This document shows, in pieces, positions 53,901-61,942 of a stretch of 64,000 bases of DNA (the stretch's first letter is position 1; each line of letters opens with the position of its first letter). The notes beneath the pieces are model-generated. The model was not told the DNA's origin. It saw nothing but the letters and a program-made list of their open reading frames with translations, and ran no database searches. Location of the stretch: NCBI GenBank assembly GCA_947626885.1, contig CANQTX010000005.1, forward strand, positions 7,429 to 71,428, read 5' to 3'. The DNA is from an uncultured Clostridia bacterium. GTDB lineage: Bacteria > Bacillota > Clostridia > TANB77 > CAG-508. A program made the translations under genes and the position numbers.

Positions 53901-56167
53901 AAACTATTAATATAGTCATCTGTATATTGATCTGCATTTTTTAATGTTTTAATAATGTGAAGTTTTGCTTGATCATAATCATGATGTGGGCTTCTCTTTC
54001 CATTAACAGCTGTTACTGTTACCGTTTTTCCATCTATCAAATTACCTTTACTTGGTGATAAAGACCTTAAAGAATATCTTGTTGTATTGATTTCTGCCAC
54101 TTTATATGTTGGCGCTTCACCATTCCATGTAATTGTATCTGATACCCAATCATTCGTTTTATCATCTCTATCAACAAAAATTTCAGGTGATAATGTTAAT
54201 GTTGTATTGTTATACTTTTCTCCATTATAGTAGAAAGTACCTGTAATAGTAACACTAAACTTAAACGTAGCATCGCCCGACATACTACCTACTACATTTT
54301 TTACAATTCGTAGTCTACCTTCATGACCAATGCTATTGGTTGCTACTACTTGAATCGTTTGATCAGCTTTCAAAACACCAGAGCTATTTGTAATATTAAC
54401 CTGTGTATAATCATCATCTTCTACTTCTTCTACCGTATAACTTGGAGCTGCTTCATTATTACTCCAATAATAGTAATCTGTGAAAGCAGAACTTCCTGCT
54501 TTTACCTTTATCATATCTGTTTTTCCATTAACAGTTACTTTGAAAGTAAAGAATTTTGTACCTTCTGTAGAAGTTAGTCGATTACCATCTTCATCTACTA
54601 ATCTTTTTTCTATTTTTATTCTTCCATAATGACCTGCCCTTGTTTTTGTATCGATTTGTGTTTCTTCATACCATCTAGCACCAAATTGTGCATAAGCTAA
54701 TTTTTGCTGATGCGATCCTGTTTTATGATGATGTCCTTGTTCACCACATACAGAGCATCCAGGACAATCTTCATGTTCACACTCCTTTTGTTTACATGCA
54801 TGACTACTTGTAGATTTTTGAAAACTTCCTGCTGCATTCATATATTTAAAATCTACTTTTACGTTTAAAAGTTGTGTCATATTTTCTTTATAATTTAATC
54901 GAATATAAAATTCTTCATTCTGATGTGGATAAGTAGAATTATCATCTGTATCTCTTTCGCCATCCAAATAAACAATGCTCCAATCCTCATTAAATGTTAA
55001 TTCATCTTGACGATAATCTGTATAAACATGCATATTGGTAATGCCTGCAAATTCTACAATACCTTTTCCACCATTAAAGTAATCTTCTACATAATCTATA
55101 GAAAATGGTCCTACTAAATATGTTTGCGTAGTTTGATCCCATTTTGGAGATTCTTCTAAACCATTTTTTACCCATTTAGGTTCATATTTTAAATCAAAAC
55201 CATTAGATTGTAAACCATCAAAATTGTTATTTCCAACTACCAAGTTGGTTTGCTCTGTTCTAAATGCATATGTTCCATTGCTACTTAATTTGCTTACATA
55301 ACTTTCAAAATGTTCTGCTTCTGCTGTTAAAGAATTATATGCACCTGAAGTTCCTTCATTTGCTGGCGTATTCCACCATGCTTGTTGCACATCACTCCAT
55401 CCCCACGTATTGTCTTCCATATCTGCTAAAATATAAGCTTCCATAGGTGTTGCTCTCTCTGCTGGGCCAAATTTATAACATGTTATCCCATTTGTTAAAG
55501 CTGCACCTTGTTCACAACAAAATACATAATATAAATCATCATATTTATGAAAAGCACCTTGTTCTTCTTCCCATTCTAAGGCAGCACTTCCTGAAGCAGT
55601 TCTTACTCTATCGCTTAATTCTTCACCTTTATAAATCATATCTCCTTTTATATCTGTTTTATAGCACTTATAACCATTGGCATTATAGTAATATTCTCCT
55701 CCTTCATCTGAAGAGAATTCTGTTGTTACATATCCATTTGCATCATAATATAAATTATTTTTGTTGCTTTCAAATTGGAAAAAGAAATTATCCTCTTCTG
55801 TTTCTGGTCTTGTCCATTTTTTTCCAGAAGCATCATAGAAATAGTCATATCTATTTTTAGAAGATTCTCCTGCTTTCCATTCCTCCATCTCTACAGGATT
55901 ATATTCATCGATTTCATCATTTAACCAACCATATGTACTTCCTTCTACATTTCTTTTAATAAGATTTCCTTGGGTATCATAATGTTTAGGATTACTATAT
56001 TCATCATAGAATCGATTCATAATTGTGTTATAGATATCTACATCTCTTACTTTTTCGTTAGTACCCTTATTTTCCTTAGCATATACATTTTGCATACTTA
56101 AGATGCTTAATATTGTTATCAATAAAATGATTATCTTTTGTAAATTTGTTTTTATCGACTTTATCAT
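47927..56167 (-). CDS. Giant surface protein of cassette B (~2,746 aa). Signal peptide, YYDANG-type repeats, Cys/His cluster, about ten ~105-aa Ig-like modules, two SdrD-B-like regions; TPPTG sorting signal, TM helix and basic tail.
   Basis: An ATG at 56167 lies 8 nt after GGAGG; the track's GTG at 56176 is probably an extension. Signal peptide KIIILLITILSILSMQNVYA. Repeats YFYDASGKKW, LYYDANGYV and YYYNANGYK. Repeated modules follow the pattern G(R/K)L.I.K......(F/Y)KF.V...G.F.Y.G..Y.N.....W.GEAPTY.V.E. SdrD-B blocks include GGTVWEDVPQDE... and LAWEDKRTENIEGQKVGNGLYDEGE...GGYKFIGVPAGEYIVRFLYG. C-terminus is LTPPTGIEAENELTLQILVIIAVGLGIVATGIVIIKKKVLTK. Confidence 0.88.
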   Translation of the reverse strand: MIKSIKTNLQKIIILLITILSILSMQNVYAKENKGTNEKVRDVDIYNTIMNRFYDEYSNPKHYDTQGNLIKRNVEGSTYGWLNDEIDEYNPVEMEEWKAGESSKNRYDYFYDASGKKWTRPETEEDNFFFQFESNKNNLYYDANGYVTTEFSSDEGGEYYYNANGYKCYKTDIKGDMIYKGEELSDRVRTASGSAALEWEEEQGAFHKYDDLYYVFCCEQGAALTNGITCYKFGPAERATPMEAYILADMEDNTWGWSDVQQAWWNTPANEGTSGAYNSLTAEAEHFESYVSKLSSNGTYAFRTEQTNLVVGNNNFDGLQSNGFDLKYEPKWVKNGLEESPKWDQTTQTYLVGPFSIDYVEDYFNGGKGIVEFAGITNMHVYTDYRQDELTFNEDWSIVYLDGERDTDDNSTYPHQNEEFYIRLNYKENMTQLLNVKVDFKYMNAAGSFQKSTSSHACKQKECEHEDCPGCSVCGEQGHHHKTGSHQQKLAYAQFGARWYEETQIDTKTRAGHYGRIKIEKRLVDEDGNRLTSTEGTKFFTFKVTVNGKTDMIKVKAGSSAFTDYYYWSNNEAAPSYTVEEVEDDDYTQVNITNSSGVLKADQTIQVVATNSIGHEGRLRIVKNVVGSMSGDATFKFSVTITGTFYYNGEKYNNTTLTLSPEIFVDRDDKTNDWVSDTITWNGEAPTYKVAEINTTRYSLRSLSPSKGNLIDGKTVTVTAVNGKRSPHHDYDQAKLHIIKTLKNADQYTDDYINSLTFKFRITVDGNASTVTLSPTKQDDNTYVWEYTSGYYYWRDNESAPEYTIEEIDVPDGTEVQSSTDGTSYTAGKTITGRLTSSATDNYVIDNYFINDLSVKHGTLQITKKIIEEALKNKDYKFVVTVSGTFQYKGTDYTNTTIRLTNSGVADSTDNNGYVTINIADATEATWNSDTFTWHGEAPTYTVQEDMTGIEDIYSTIAPSSGSLENSNNIIVTAVNGMKTETGKLSIVKTLENASKFTDEYVKSLEFKFRIHVDGYEEFDVTLKAEKVNDQYVWYYEEEFSWNADEEAPHYWIEELDGPEGTSFVSANGGSDKKVEGQLKPDTQENYTIENHFVNKLEEKTGKLIIDKKVLDDSLTGKEFKFNVTLTGTFTYQGMQYENDSYTFEAIVNGGEKWTSDTIGWQGEGAPTYTVEEQESDIANQTAIVNGAGTIVEGDTNAQVVTVTNEAKLDGGYLQITKQLVDGATSNQSYKFNVKVYYGDLENPEEVLADYIVEVKAGETYRSEEFKWDKAKGAPTYTVEEIDTGAAQFDSISNGTDTITGDRKVSGQLSGSGELVIITAINKVEQHHGKIRVTKKAITDEKMQEEAMTDEFTIQITLFGSFEVNGESIVDGSKTIETTIKAGGTYETPDITWFGNEGPSYTVTETNLPTGWHLENISNGNGQLSADANTADVVVTNSFETRVIVDLTLELGGTVWEDVPQDESSKNTPDSVENGVIDDTEVGLDGVEVYIYKVIYNGSTEVSRELAYGYIEAGNDLAEYPIVTQNGGKWNSPRMSMPVVTDQEKASGYTASYDVEFVYDGQKYEPTKFLATANGDAATYRNASTSARDQYLKDSHALDYNRQEVDSRITQITGESPIDGNGNTIGNVVAANGDKNPIYYNATDYTTGVSGTTRKVSELQTTYDNGVVYDIFKAKARTSVGGLTYPFDGRTYLESIDKYIDELGAVEEYKYSATYPYTLNINLGLKKRPDADLGTTKDLVSAKVVVNEKLLNYKFNSLADLTGDAITRQLTADTMNISYELGLYKTDYYYRAEMYQTNGRVYDAINTFYKTLNPSLTYDDTELEVYLTYKITVSNDSPTGIYVAGINAIDDYFDSSFGVPISTAVTKYVRNIDDENIGDLTPVEVANISYLTSPTQEKLEVNWTVSDTDTNILGSDGITYRKMTATFENGQVQLRTGEKADIYVTFAVQKDDINGVKDAIVLGQKANVAEIANYSTYYEDGSIAGKIDRDSAPSNVNIESFNDRTWYEDDTDSAPILNLTLNETTRTIDGLAWEDKRTENIEGQKVGNGLYDEGEALIGGLTTELVEKVKVNDQEYDFLWPTNQSLDILGGRTLESLTGFDSTIETARVSQTDADGNQTLGVGGYKFIGVPAGEYIVRFLYGNDKTKLEDTFGITGDPEALTESGASYHTENDIQSTENPLENNDILVANYDNKPAGQTPSVYNGQDFKTTAYHASGDRNSDAKDSELRRLEVMANSETITNINGTVLSKADSNLKVIAPEAVTRDTYTTSNHTGLYTDYYMFADTDKINMNIEDIAKPDYLVDNDITTVKGTILGGMVEVQRFVYEVKNIDIGLEERPRTEVVLDKEISGIKLVTSDNTTIFDVAYNISYDRVPRAEINNRTIIGQVGNGDEYIVATVGVDLERSIGTDVLQAINKVEDKYSMVNGENMQNFRFINVDESILQGLTIEMQYQLTALNIGEIDRISTTLRDVMEDVSKTPRDAILEIVASAIPERKTIGETTIEQGKYLGNIYYLGSAANTNNQEVVTTTVRQLVDYVDNDTVFSADYNKEKDHSWKNATINEVTGNGFEADRLLDRDIILQNNIQDDKGKVYITPQKKNIVVSVDSIEDTEELTNKGFEAKLLPYDQDPSQYQSVISSTLTRTIASEDDANHVAFDNLAEIVKIDNTAGRRDVTAIPGNADPKEGEFDVSITERDASATELITLTPPTGIEAENELTLQILVIIAVGLGIVATGIVIIKKKVLTK

Positions 56168-56168
56168 A

Positions 56169-59100
56169 TTAAACACCTCCTTTTCTTTTTGCTAATACAA
56201 TTTTGTTATAAGCTATAAATATAACGATACTTCCTAATAAGATGGTTGTTATAATAACTGACACATAAATGAATACCTCTCCTGTTTTAACACCCATAAA
56301 TACGTCTGCTAATCCTAAATCGTTTTCTCCTTGCGCTTTATTGGCAGGTGTTGAATTGTTATCCGAAATACCATATATATTGTAATCTTCATAAATTTCT
56401 GCTAAGTTGTTAACCAACCCTGTATTCTTTTCTGTTAATTGCTTTGTTAATACTAATTTAATGGTTTTGGATTCTCCCGCTTTTAATTCTGTATCTGCCA
56501 ATGCCGTACTATATAAATTACCATCTGTACCCGTATACCAATTTGCATTAGCTTCTAATCCAGAGTTAAAAGTCATACCTTCAGGAAGATAATCTACTAT
56601 CTTTTTCGCATAACCTGCAACATCTCCCATATTAGAAACTGTAATGCTGTATTCTACATATACGGTAGATCCTGTTAAATGTTTTGCTGCAATTTCTGTT
56701 TTGGCTAATGTTACATTATCATACGTATCTGTTGTTGTTTTACCATTTGATTGCACCGTTACTTTGGAAATTGTCTTATCTAGTTTTAGATCAAATTTAT
56801 CTGCTAATACAAGTCCCATATCAATATCGGACATAGCACCATCATGAATTGTAATGATATCCGTTACTGCTCCATTTCTCATTTTACCATCTTGTTCAAT
56901 TTTTGTTGAAATAGCATCTGAGTTAACATTTGGTGCTACATTTTCTTTATGATAACTGGTTACTGCATATTTTACAGTATCATATTCAAATAATACTAAG
57001 TAATTTCCATTTTTTATACCAGCAAATGTATAAGTACCTTTACTGTCTGTTGTAATGGATTTTTCAATTACACCCGTTTCACTGTTTACTAACTTAACGG
57101 CAATGCCGGTTAGCATTTCTTCACCTGTATCGCGCATACCATTCTCATTGGTATCTAACCAACAACTACCTGTTAATTTATAAGTTTTTACAAGATTAGA
57201 ACCAGCAGTTGTTCCATTAGGAATATTTAACGAAGAACCTTCTACCGTTTGTTTTTCTTTTGCTTCCACAATATGAGTAATTGAATTAGTTGTTATTTCA
57301 TCTATATTTCTTCCAGACACGGTTCCTACATTTGTTACTGTTTTTTCTTGTACGCCATTTAATCCTTTTGCTAAAGCTTCAACATTAACAATTGCCTCTT
57401 CTCCGGGTTCAATCATAAGATTAACTGTTTTTTCACCTGTTACTGATGCTCTTTCTACAGATGTTATACCATTTTGTAGTGTTGTTACTTTTCTTACAAT
57501 TAAACCTTCTGGAATCTTTTCTGTTAGTTCTACAGATCTTGCCACAGCACCACCATTGTTCTTAATAGAAAATACATAATGAACCATATCGCCTTCTTTA
57601 ATGTAAGTATTGTTATCTGTCGTTGTTTGTGTTACTTCTAAAACAGGTCTTCCAAAAGTTACCCTAAAAGCATTAGATTCATAACTTTCCGTATTATCTG
57701 CTGAAGCAGTAGATTTATCTTCAATTGTTGTTTTAGTTACACCATCTTCTAATCTAGCAATGCGAAATTCCATATGGAATCCAAGGAAATCTCCTGCTTC
57801 TAAAGTATCGATATTCCATGTTAAATTTCTTGTTGTTTCATCAAAAATGGCATTCATTTCTTCTGTGCTCTCATGGGTTACTACTTCACAAGAAGCACTT
57901 ACAATATCTAATTCTTTGGCAACTGTTCTTGTTACTTTTAGATTTTTTAAGTCTCTATTGGTTAAATTGGTAACTTGTAGATAAATATCATAATTTTGTC
58001 CAATATCCAATACTTCCCCTGTATTAAAAACTCTGTCAAAAGATGATTCTTCTGTTACATTCATTTCTGCTTGTTCTATTGTTATCTCTTCTGTTTCTGC
58101 TTCCATCGTTGCTTGTAAATCATCCGCTGTTACTTTTGCCACACCCTTAATAATAGAATTTGTTGTATCAGCTCTATCATCTAACAAGGATAATTGGAAA
58201 TAAACATCTATATCTATTGTTTCATTAACTAGTAATTCAGATTTTGTAAATGTTACAATACCGTTCTGTTTTCCCTCTACAAGTGTTTCATCTTCAAATC
58301 GTGATGATTCATATAATGCATTGGAAACACTTGGAACAGATATGACAACATTTTTAGCAGTTTCTTTTCCTGTATTGGTTACTGTAATGTGAAATTTAAA
58401 TTCCTCTCCTTCTTTTACAGTAGTATCTTCAGTAGTAACTTTTATTGCTAACTCTGGTCCTTCTCCTGTTGTTAAACCAATACTATCTGGTACAGATATT
58501 TCTTCTGTTGTTGCTATATCTGCATGATTTGTATAATATGTTGCAAATGTACTATAGAAACTTTCATTGTGTGCTAAATTAGCAGGAATTTCATAGTTAT
58601 AATGGAATCGTAAAACGTCTGCCGCATTCATTATATAATTCTCATCTGCTGGTACAATTAAATAAGATTTTATATTCTCAAATGATTCAGGGTTTTCTAC
58701 CCATCCATTTGCTGTATCACTTAATTCTTTGGTTGCTTCTGGATTTGATGAATAATAAATGGTAAAGTTTCCATGATTACTTTCATCAGCTGTGATGTTA
58801 GAAACCATTTTCGTATTAATGGTTGTATTTAAAGCATCTCCTGTTACAATATCTTTCATACCTTCAAAAGCTATTCTACCTAATATAGCAACATCTGATA
58901 CTGTATTTTTATTGTTGTTCATAATAACCATTTCCATCGTTGCTACTTTTGCTTCTGCATAAACATCTAATATATCTGTTTTCGTTCCTTGTCTTACAGA
59001 AGTAAGAACAGATCCTGTTTGATTATATCCCCATGTACAATTTGCTGCTACAAGTCCTGTGGGAGCTGAATAATCAAAATTTATTGTTTCATTTCCTTCA

Positions 59101-61244
59101 TCTGCATAGCTGGTTGCTTCATTATTTGTATATCGCATAACTATTGTATCTGTAGTTGCTGGTGTAAATGTATTAACTGTAATATTCGTATTTAATACAA
59201 TATTAGCACCATTTGTTAACACACCAGAATTAATACCATCTTGTGTACCATCAACTGTAACCATAATGGTTTTATCTTTTACTTCAACTGAAGTAATGGA
59301 TAAGCCTTCTCCATAAATCATATTAGCATTTGTTACTTCTACTGCCTCAACATATTCTGGCATTTGAATTTCAAATACAGAATGTCCATATATGTCAGAA
59401 GTATCTACTGCATTATTGAATTCCATTCTTAATTCTACATCTTTATTAACTTCTAATGTTGATAAACTGTCTCGATCCATGATGAAATTTACTTTTGTTG
59501 TTGTATCAATTAAGGCTGTTCTCGTTTCTACTGTAGCCACTTCTACTTCATTTTCTACATAAGAATAAACAGCTTTAATAGCAGCTACTGTTCCAATAGC
59601 ACTTATGTTTTTAAATGTTTCTTTATCTAAACTGCTATTTTTCATGCCTTTTACATTATTTACTACTAAGTTTCCTTCTGCTATTGGTGCTGATGTTGTA
59701 ATACAAATTTTAGAATGAATTGTATCAAAATGAAATACAAAGTTTCCTGCTTCATCTGTTGCATAATCTTTATTGAAAGTAACTAAAGTATTTCCTGCCT
59801 CATCTAAAATAGTAATTTGTCCGTCTTCTCCTAATATGCTAACAAAATTTTCTTTAGCAATAACTATTGTTTTATAATATAAATCTTCGTTTGCTAATTG
59901 ATTTCCATTTTTATCTACGTAAAAATTTTCTACATCTTGTACTCGGATACTATTAACAATATCTTTATGAGAAACATTTATCATAGTTTTGGAATGATAT
60001 TCTGTTTCATATTTATCTGGATGATAATAATTTACATATGTATAAGCTTTTGAAACTTCACTTGTTTCATTTTCTATATTTAAAGATACAATATTTCCCG
60101 TTTGTCCTTCTAACTTATAATCTGATTCATTATCAGCTGTTACAATGTTTTTATATTGTTCTTTTTCTACACCACTAAATGTTGTTAATTTTGCTTCTGC
60201 TTTTGCATGAACTATTGCTTCTTCAGGAATTCCTACATTTTCATATGTATAGGTAATTAAATATTCATCTATTCCTGATTCACTATAATATCTTTCTTCT
60301 TCAACAACTTCTTCGTCTGCTTCCTTTAAATATTCATCTGTATTATCATTTATATTTACGAGTTGTTTTTCATTTCTAGCTATAATTGTTAAAGACTCAT
60401 TTTCTTCATTATATTGCCAATTGCTATCATCAAAAATAACATCTTCTGCTACTTTTCCATTGGTTCCCTGTGTTGTATTAGGTACTACTGTTATTCTTGA
60501 AGGGGCAACTTCTCCAATTTTAGGTACCTTAACTGTTACTTCTGTTTCTTTTACTGGTAATGCATTCGCTTCAGTCGTATTATCTACTTTAACAGAGGTT
60601 TGTAAAATAACACCTTGTCCAAAATCAACATATTTTGTGGCTTCTGTTTCTACTTTAACTTCTCTTTCATCTTTCCAAGAAACATGTAGCACTACTTCTT
60701 TTGATATGGCTTTTTCATCACCATTATCATCTATATAGCTTCCTGTAAAAAGCACCTTGGCATCTTTGGAAAGATTGGCATCATCTACATAAGATTCTTG
60801 CTCATATTCAATTGGTACTGAAATAAATGTTTCTGAAGAGCTATTAATTTGTTTTAACTTTAAAATATTATCTTCTAAACTTTGTACTGAATCAGATAAT
60901 TCTAAGTTATCTTTTAACTTAAAATTCAAACCAGCTCCTTCTTCATTTTCTAAGAATTCTACTTTTCCATTCTTTAGGTAACCACTTTGATTCACAGCTA
61001 ATTTTAATTGAATGGCTAATGCTTGGTTATTTACATCACTAATAACCGAAGTTTCTTGATTCTCTTCTGTTCCAAAATAAGCAAAAAATTCGACATTTTT
61101 ATGCCCTGTGTCGGATTTTCCAGAAAAAATTGTTTCTGTTATACTTGTTGCAAAAGATTCTGTTACTAAAGCAAAATTTGCTGAAGTTAGTGTAAAAACT
61201 AACAGTATAACTAACAACTTTTGTAAAATTTTGTTCTTATGCAT
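56169..61244 (-). CDS. Giant surface protein of cassette B (~1,691 aa). Signal peptide, DUF11-type repeat domains, SdrD-B-like domain; C-terminal GVKTG, TM helix and basic tail.
   Basis: The likely start is MHKNKILQKLLVILLVFTLTSANFALV (ATG at 61244, 8 nt after GGAGG). DUF11-like blocks are FKFHITVTNTGKETAKNVVISVPS, HYVFSIKNNGGAVARSVELTEKIPEGLIV and VYVEYSITVSNMGDVAGYAKKIVDYLPEGMTF. SdrD-B block is LTGSCWLDTNENGMRDTGEEMLTGIAVKLV...DSKGTYTFAGIKNGNYLVLFEYD. C-terminus is FMGVKTGEVFIYVSVIITTILLGSIVIFIAYNKIVLAKRKGGV. It is collinear with 13925-19159. Confidence 0.88.
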   Translation of the reverse strand: MHKNKILQKLLVILLVFTLTSANFALVTESFATSITETIFSGKSDTGHKNVEFFAYFGTEENQETSVISDVNNQALAIQLKLAVNQSGYLKNGKVEFLENEEGAGLNFKLKDNLELSDSVQSLEDNILKLKQINSSSETFISVPIEYEQESYVDDANLSKDAKVLFTGSYIDDNGDEKAISKEVVLHVSWKDEREVKVETEATKYVDFGQGVILQTSVKVDNTTEANALPVKETEVTVKVPKIGEVAPSRITVVPNTTQGTNGKVAEDVIFDDSNWQYNEENESLTIIARNEKQLVNINDNTDEYLKEADEEVVEEERYYSESGIDEYLITYTYENVGIPEEAIVHAKAEAKLTTFSGVEKEQYKNIVTADNESDYKLEGQTGNIVSLNIENETSEVSKAYTYVNYYHPDKYETEYHSKTMINVSHKDIVNSIRVQDVENFYVDKNGNQLANEDLYYKTIVIAKENFVSILGEDGQITILDEAGNTLVTFNKDYATDEAGNFVFHFDTIHSKICITTSAPIAEGNLVVNNVKGMKNSSLDKETFKNISAIGTVAAIKAVYSYVENEVEVATVETRTALIDTTTKVNFIMDRDSLSTLEVNKDVELRMEFNNAVDTSDIYGHSVFEIQMPEYVEAVEVTNANMIYGEGLSITSVEVKDKTIMVTVDGTQDGINSGVLTNGANIVLNTNITVNTFTPATTDTIVMRYTNNEATSYADEGNETINFDYSAPTGLVAANCTWGYNQTGSVLTSVRQGTKTDILDVYAEAKVATMEMVIMNNNKNTVSDVAILGRIAFEGMKDIVTGDALNTTINTKMVSNITADESNHGNFTIYYSSNPEATKELSDTANGWVENPESFENIKSYLIVPADENYIMNAADVLRFHYNYEIPANLAHNESFYSTFATYYTNHADIATTEEISVPDSIGLTTGEGPELAIKVTTEDTTVKEGEEFKFHITVTNTGKETAKNVVISVPSVSNALYESSRFEDETLVEGKQNGIVTFTKSELLVNETIDIDVYFQLSLLDDRADTTNSIIKGVAKVTADDLQATMEAETEEITIEQAEMNVTEESSFDRVFNTGEVLDIGQNYDIYLQVTNLTNRDLKNLKVTRTVAKELDIVSASCEVVTHESTEEMNAIFDETTRNLTWNIDTLEAGDFLGFHMEFRIARLEDGVTKTTIEDKSTASADNTESYESNAFRVTFGRPVLEVTQTTTDNNTYIKEGDMVHYVFSIKNNGGAVARSVELTEKIPEGLIVRKVTTLQNGITSVERASVTGEKTVNLMIEPGEEAIVNVEALAKGLNGVQEKTVTNVGTVSGRNIDEITTNSITHIVEAKEKQTVEGSSLNIPNGTTAGSNLVKTYKLTGSCWLDTNENGMRDTGEEMLTGIAVKLVNSETGVIEKSITTDSKGTYTFAGIKNGNYLVLFEYDTVKYAVTSYHKENVAPNVNSDAISTKIEQDGKMRNGAVTDIITIHDGAMSDIDMGLVLADKFDLKLDKTISKVTVQSNGKTTTDTYDNVTLAKTEIAAKHLTGSTVYVEYSITVSNMGDVAGYAKKIVDYLPEGMTFNSGLEANANWYTGTDGNLYSTALADTELKAGESKTIKLVLTKQLTEKNTGLVNNLAEIYEDYNIYGISDNNSTPANKAQGENDLGLADVFMGVKTGEVFIYVSVIITTILLGSIVIFIAYNKIVLAKRKGGV

Positions 61245-61312
61245 CACAAAAACCTCCATCATAACAAACTTTCTAAACCATTGTATTTTAATAATAGCAT
61301 TATATATTTATT

Positions 61313-61340
61313 ATTTTACTACTTTTTTGTGTGTAGTCAA
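61313..61340 (-). promoter_or_regulatory. Putative sigma-A promoter for adhesin cassette B
   Basis: Sense strand reads TTGACT (61340-61335), a 16-nt spacer, then TAAAAT (61318-61313). Confidence 0.35.
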
Positions 61341-61800
61341 TACCCGAAACCTTTGTATTTTCTAGTTTTCAAGGGTATCACAAAAATTCGTTTACGGAAA
61401 TACGTGTTTAAGAATTATTTGTATAAAATATAAAATTTTTATTACATTGATAATCTTCTTTTTTTCCTTCTTGTAATAAACGCTATACAATATCTATTAT
61501 ATACCGTTATGTAAACTTTTTCAAGTATTTTTCAGTATTTTTTGGCTTTTTTTCAACTTTTTTATTTTTTTATGACTGTTTATATGAGGGATTTAATGTC
61601 TTTTTTTGTCGAATTGTTAATTATTTTTGTTTTCTTGTTTATGTTACCACTTTGTCTTTTAATTTTTATGCAACTTTTTCATTTTGTAAACATATATTAT
61701 ACAAAGGTTTCCCACTTAGGAAAAATAATTCTTATTTCATTTCTTATTAACGTAAGAAATGAAATACTTTTTACAAATTTTAAACAAGGAGGGTATCATC

Positions 61801-61935
61801 TTGAATAATATGGATATCAATAAACTACTATCTGTTATTTCTAAAATGGATAAAGAGGAATTAGAAAAAAATATTTATAAGGCACAACAAATATTGGAAA
61901 ACTCTAATATTAAAAAAAATATGGAAGAAAAATGA
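61801..61935 (+). CDS. Hypothetical 44-aa protein (below the 60-aa cutoff of the ORF track)
   Basis: TTG at 61801 lies 7 nt after GGAGGG. Translation is LNNMDINKLLSVISKMDKEELEKNIYKAQQILENSNIKKNMEEK*. The stop at 61933-61935 overlaps the GAGGT RBS of the next + strand ORF. Confidence 0.35.
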   Translation: MNNMDINKLLSVISKMDKEELEKNIYKAQQILENSNIKKNMEEK

Positions 61936-61942
61936 GGTACCT

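Noticed and set aside
55373-55522. Possible internal-thioester (TED) adhesin motifs in the N-terminal region of the 2,749-aa protein: FCCE and VQQAWW. The cassette-A copy has the weaker VCLH and AQHHW.
   Set aside because: The motifs resemble the Cys and Gln signatures of thioester domains. However, they are only about 45 residues apart, whereas known TEDs have them more than 100 residues apart, and the cassette-A copy deviates further. This cannot be supported without a profile or structure search.
61542-61808. An 88-aa hydrophobic + strand ORF upstream of the small-ORF pair.
   Set aside because: It has no RBS and is essentially poly-Phe/Leu from T-rich intergenic DNA. It runs through the 61733-61766 hairpin and through the RBS and start of the 44-aa ORF.
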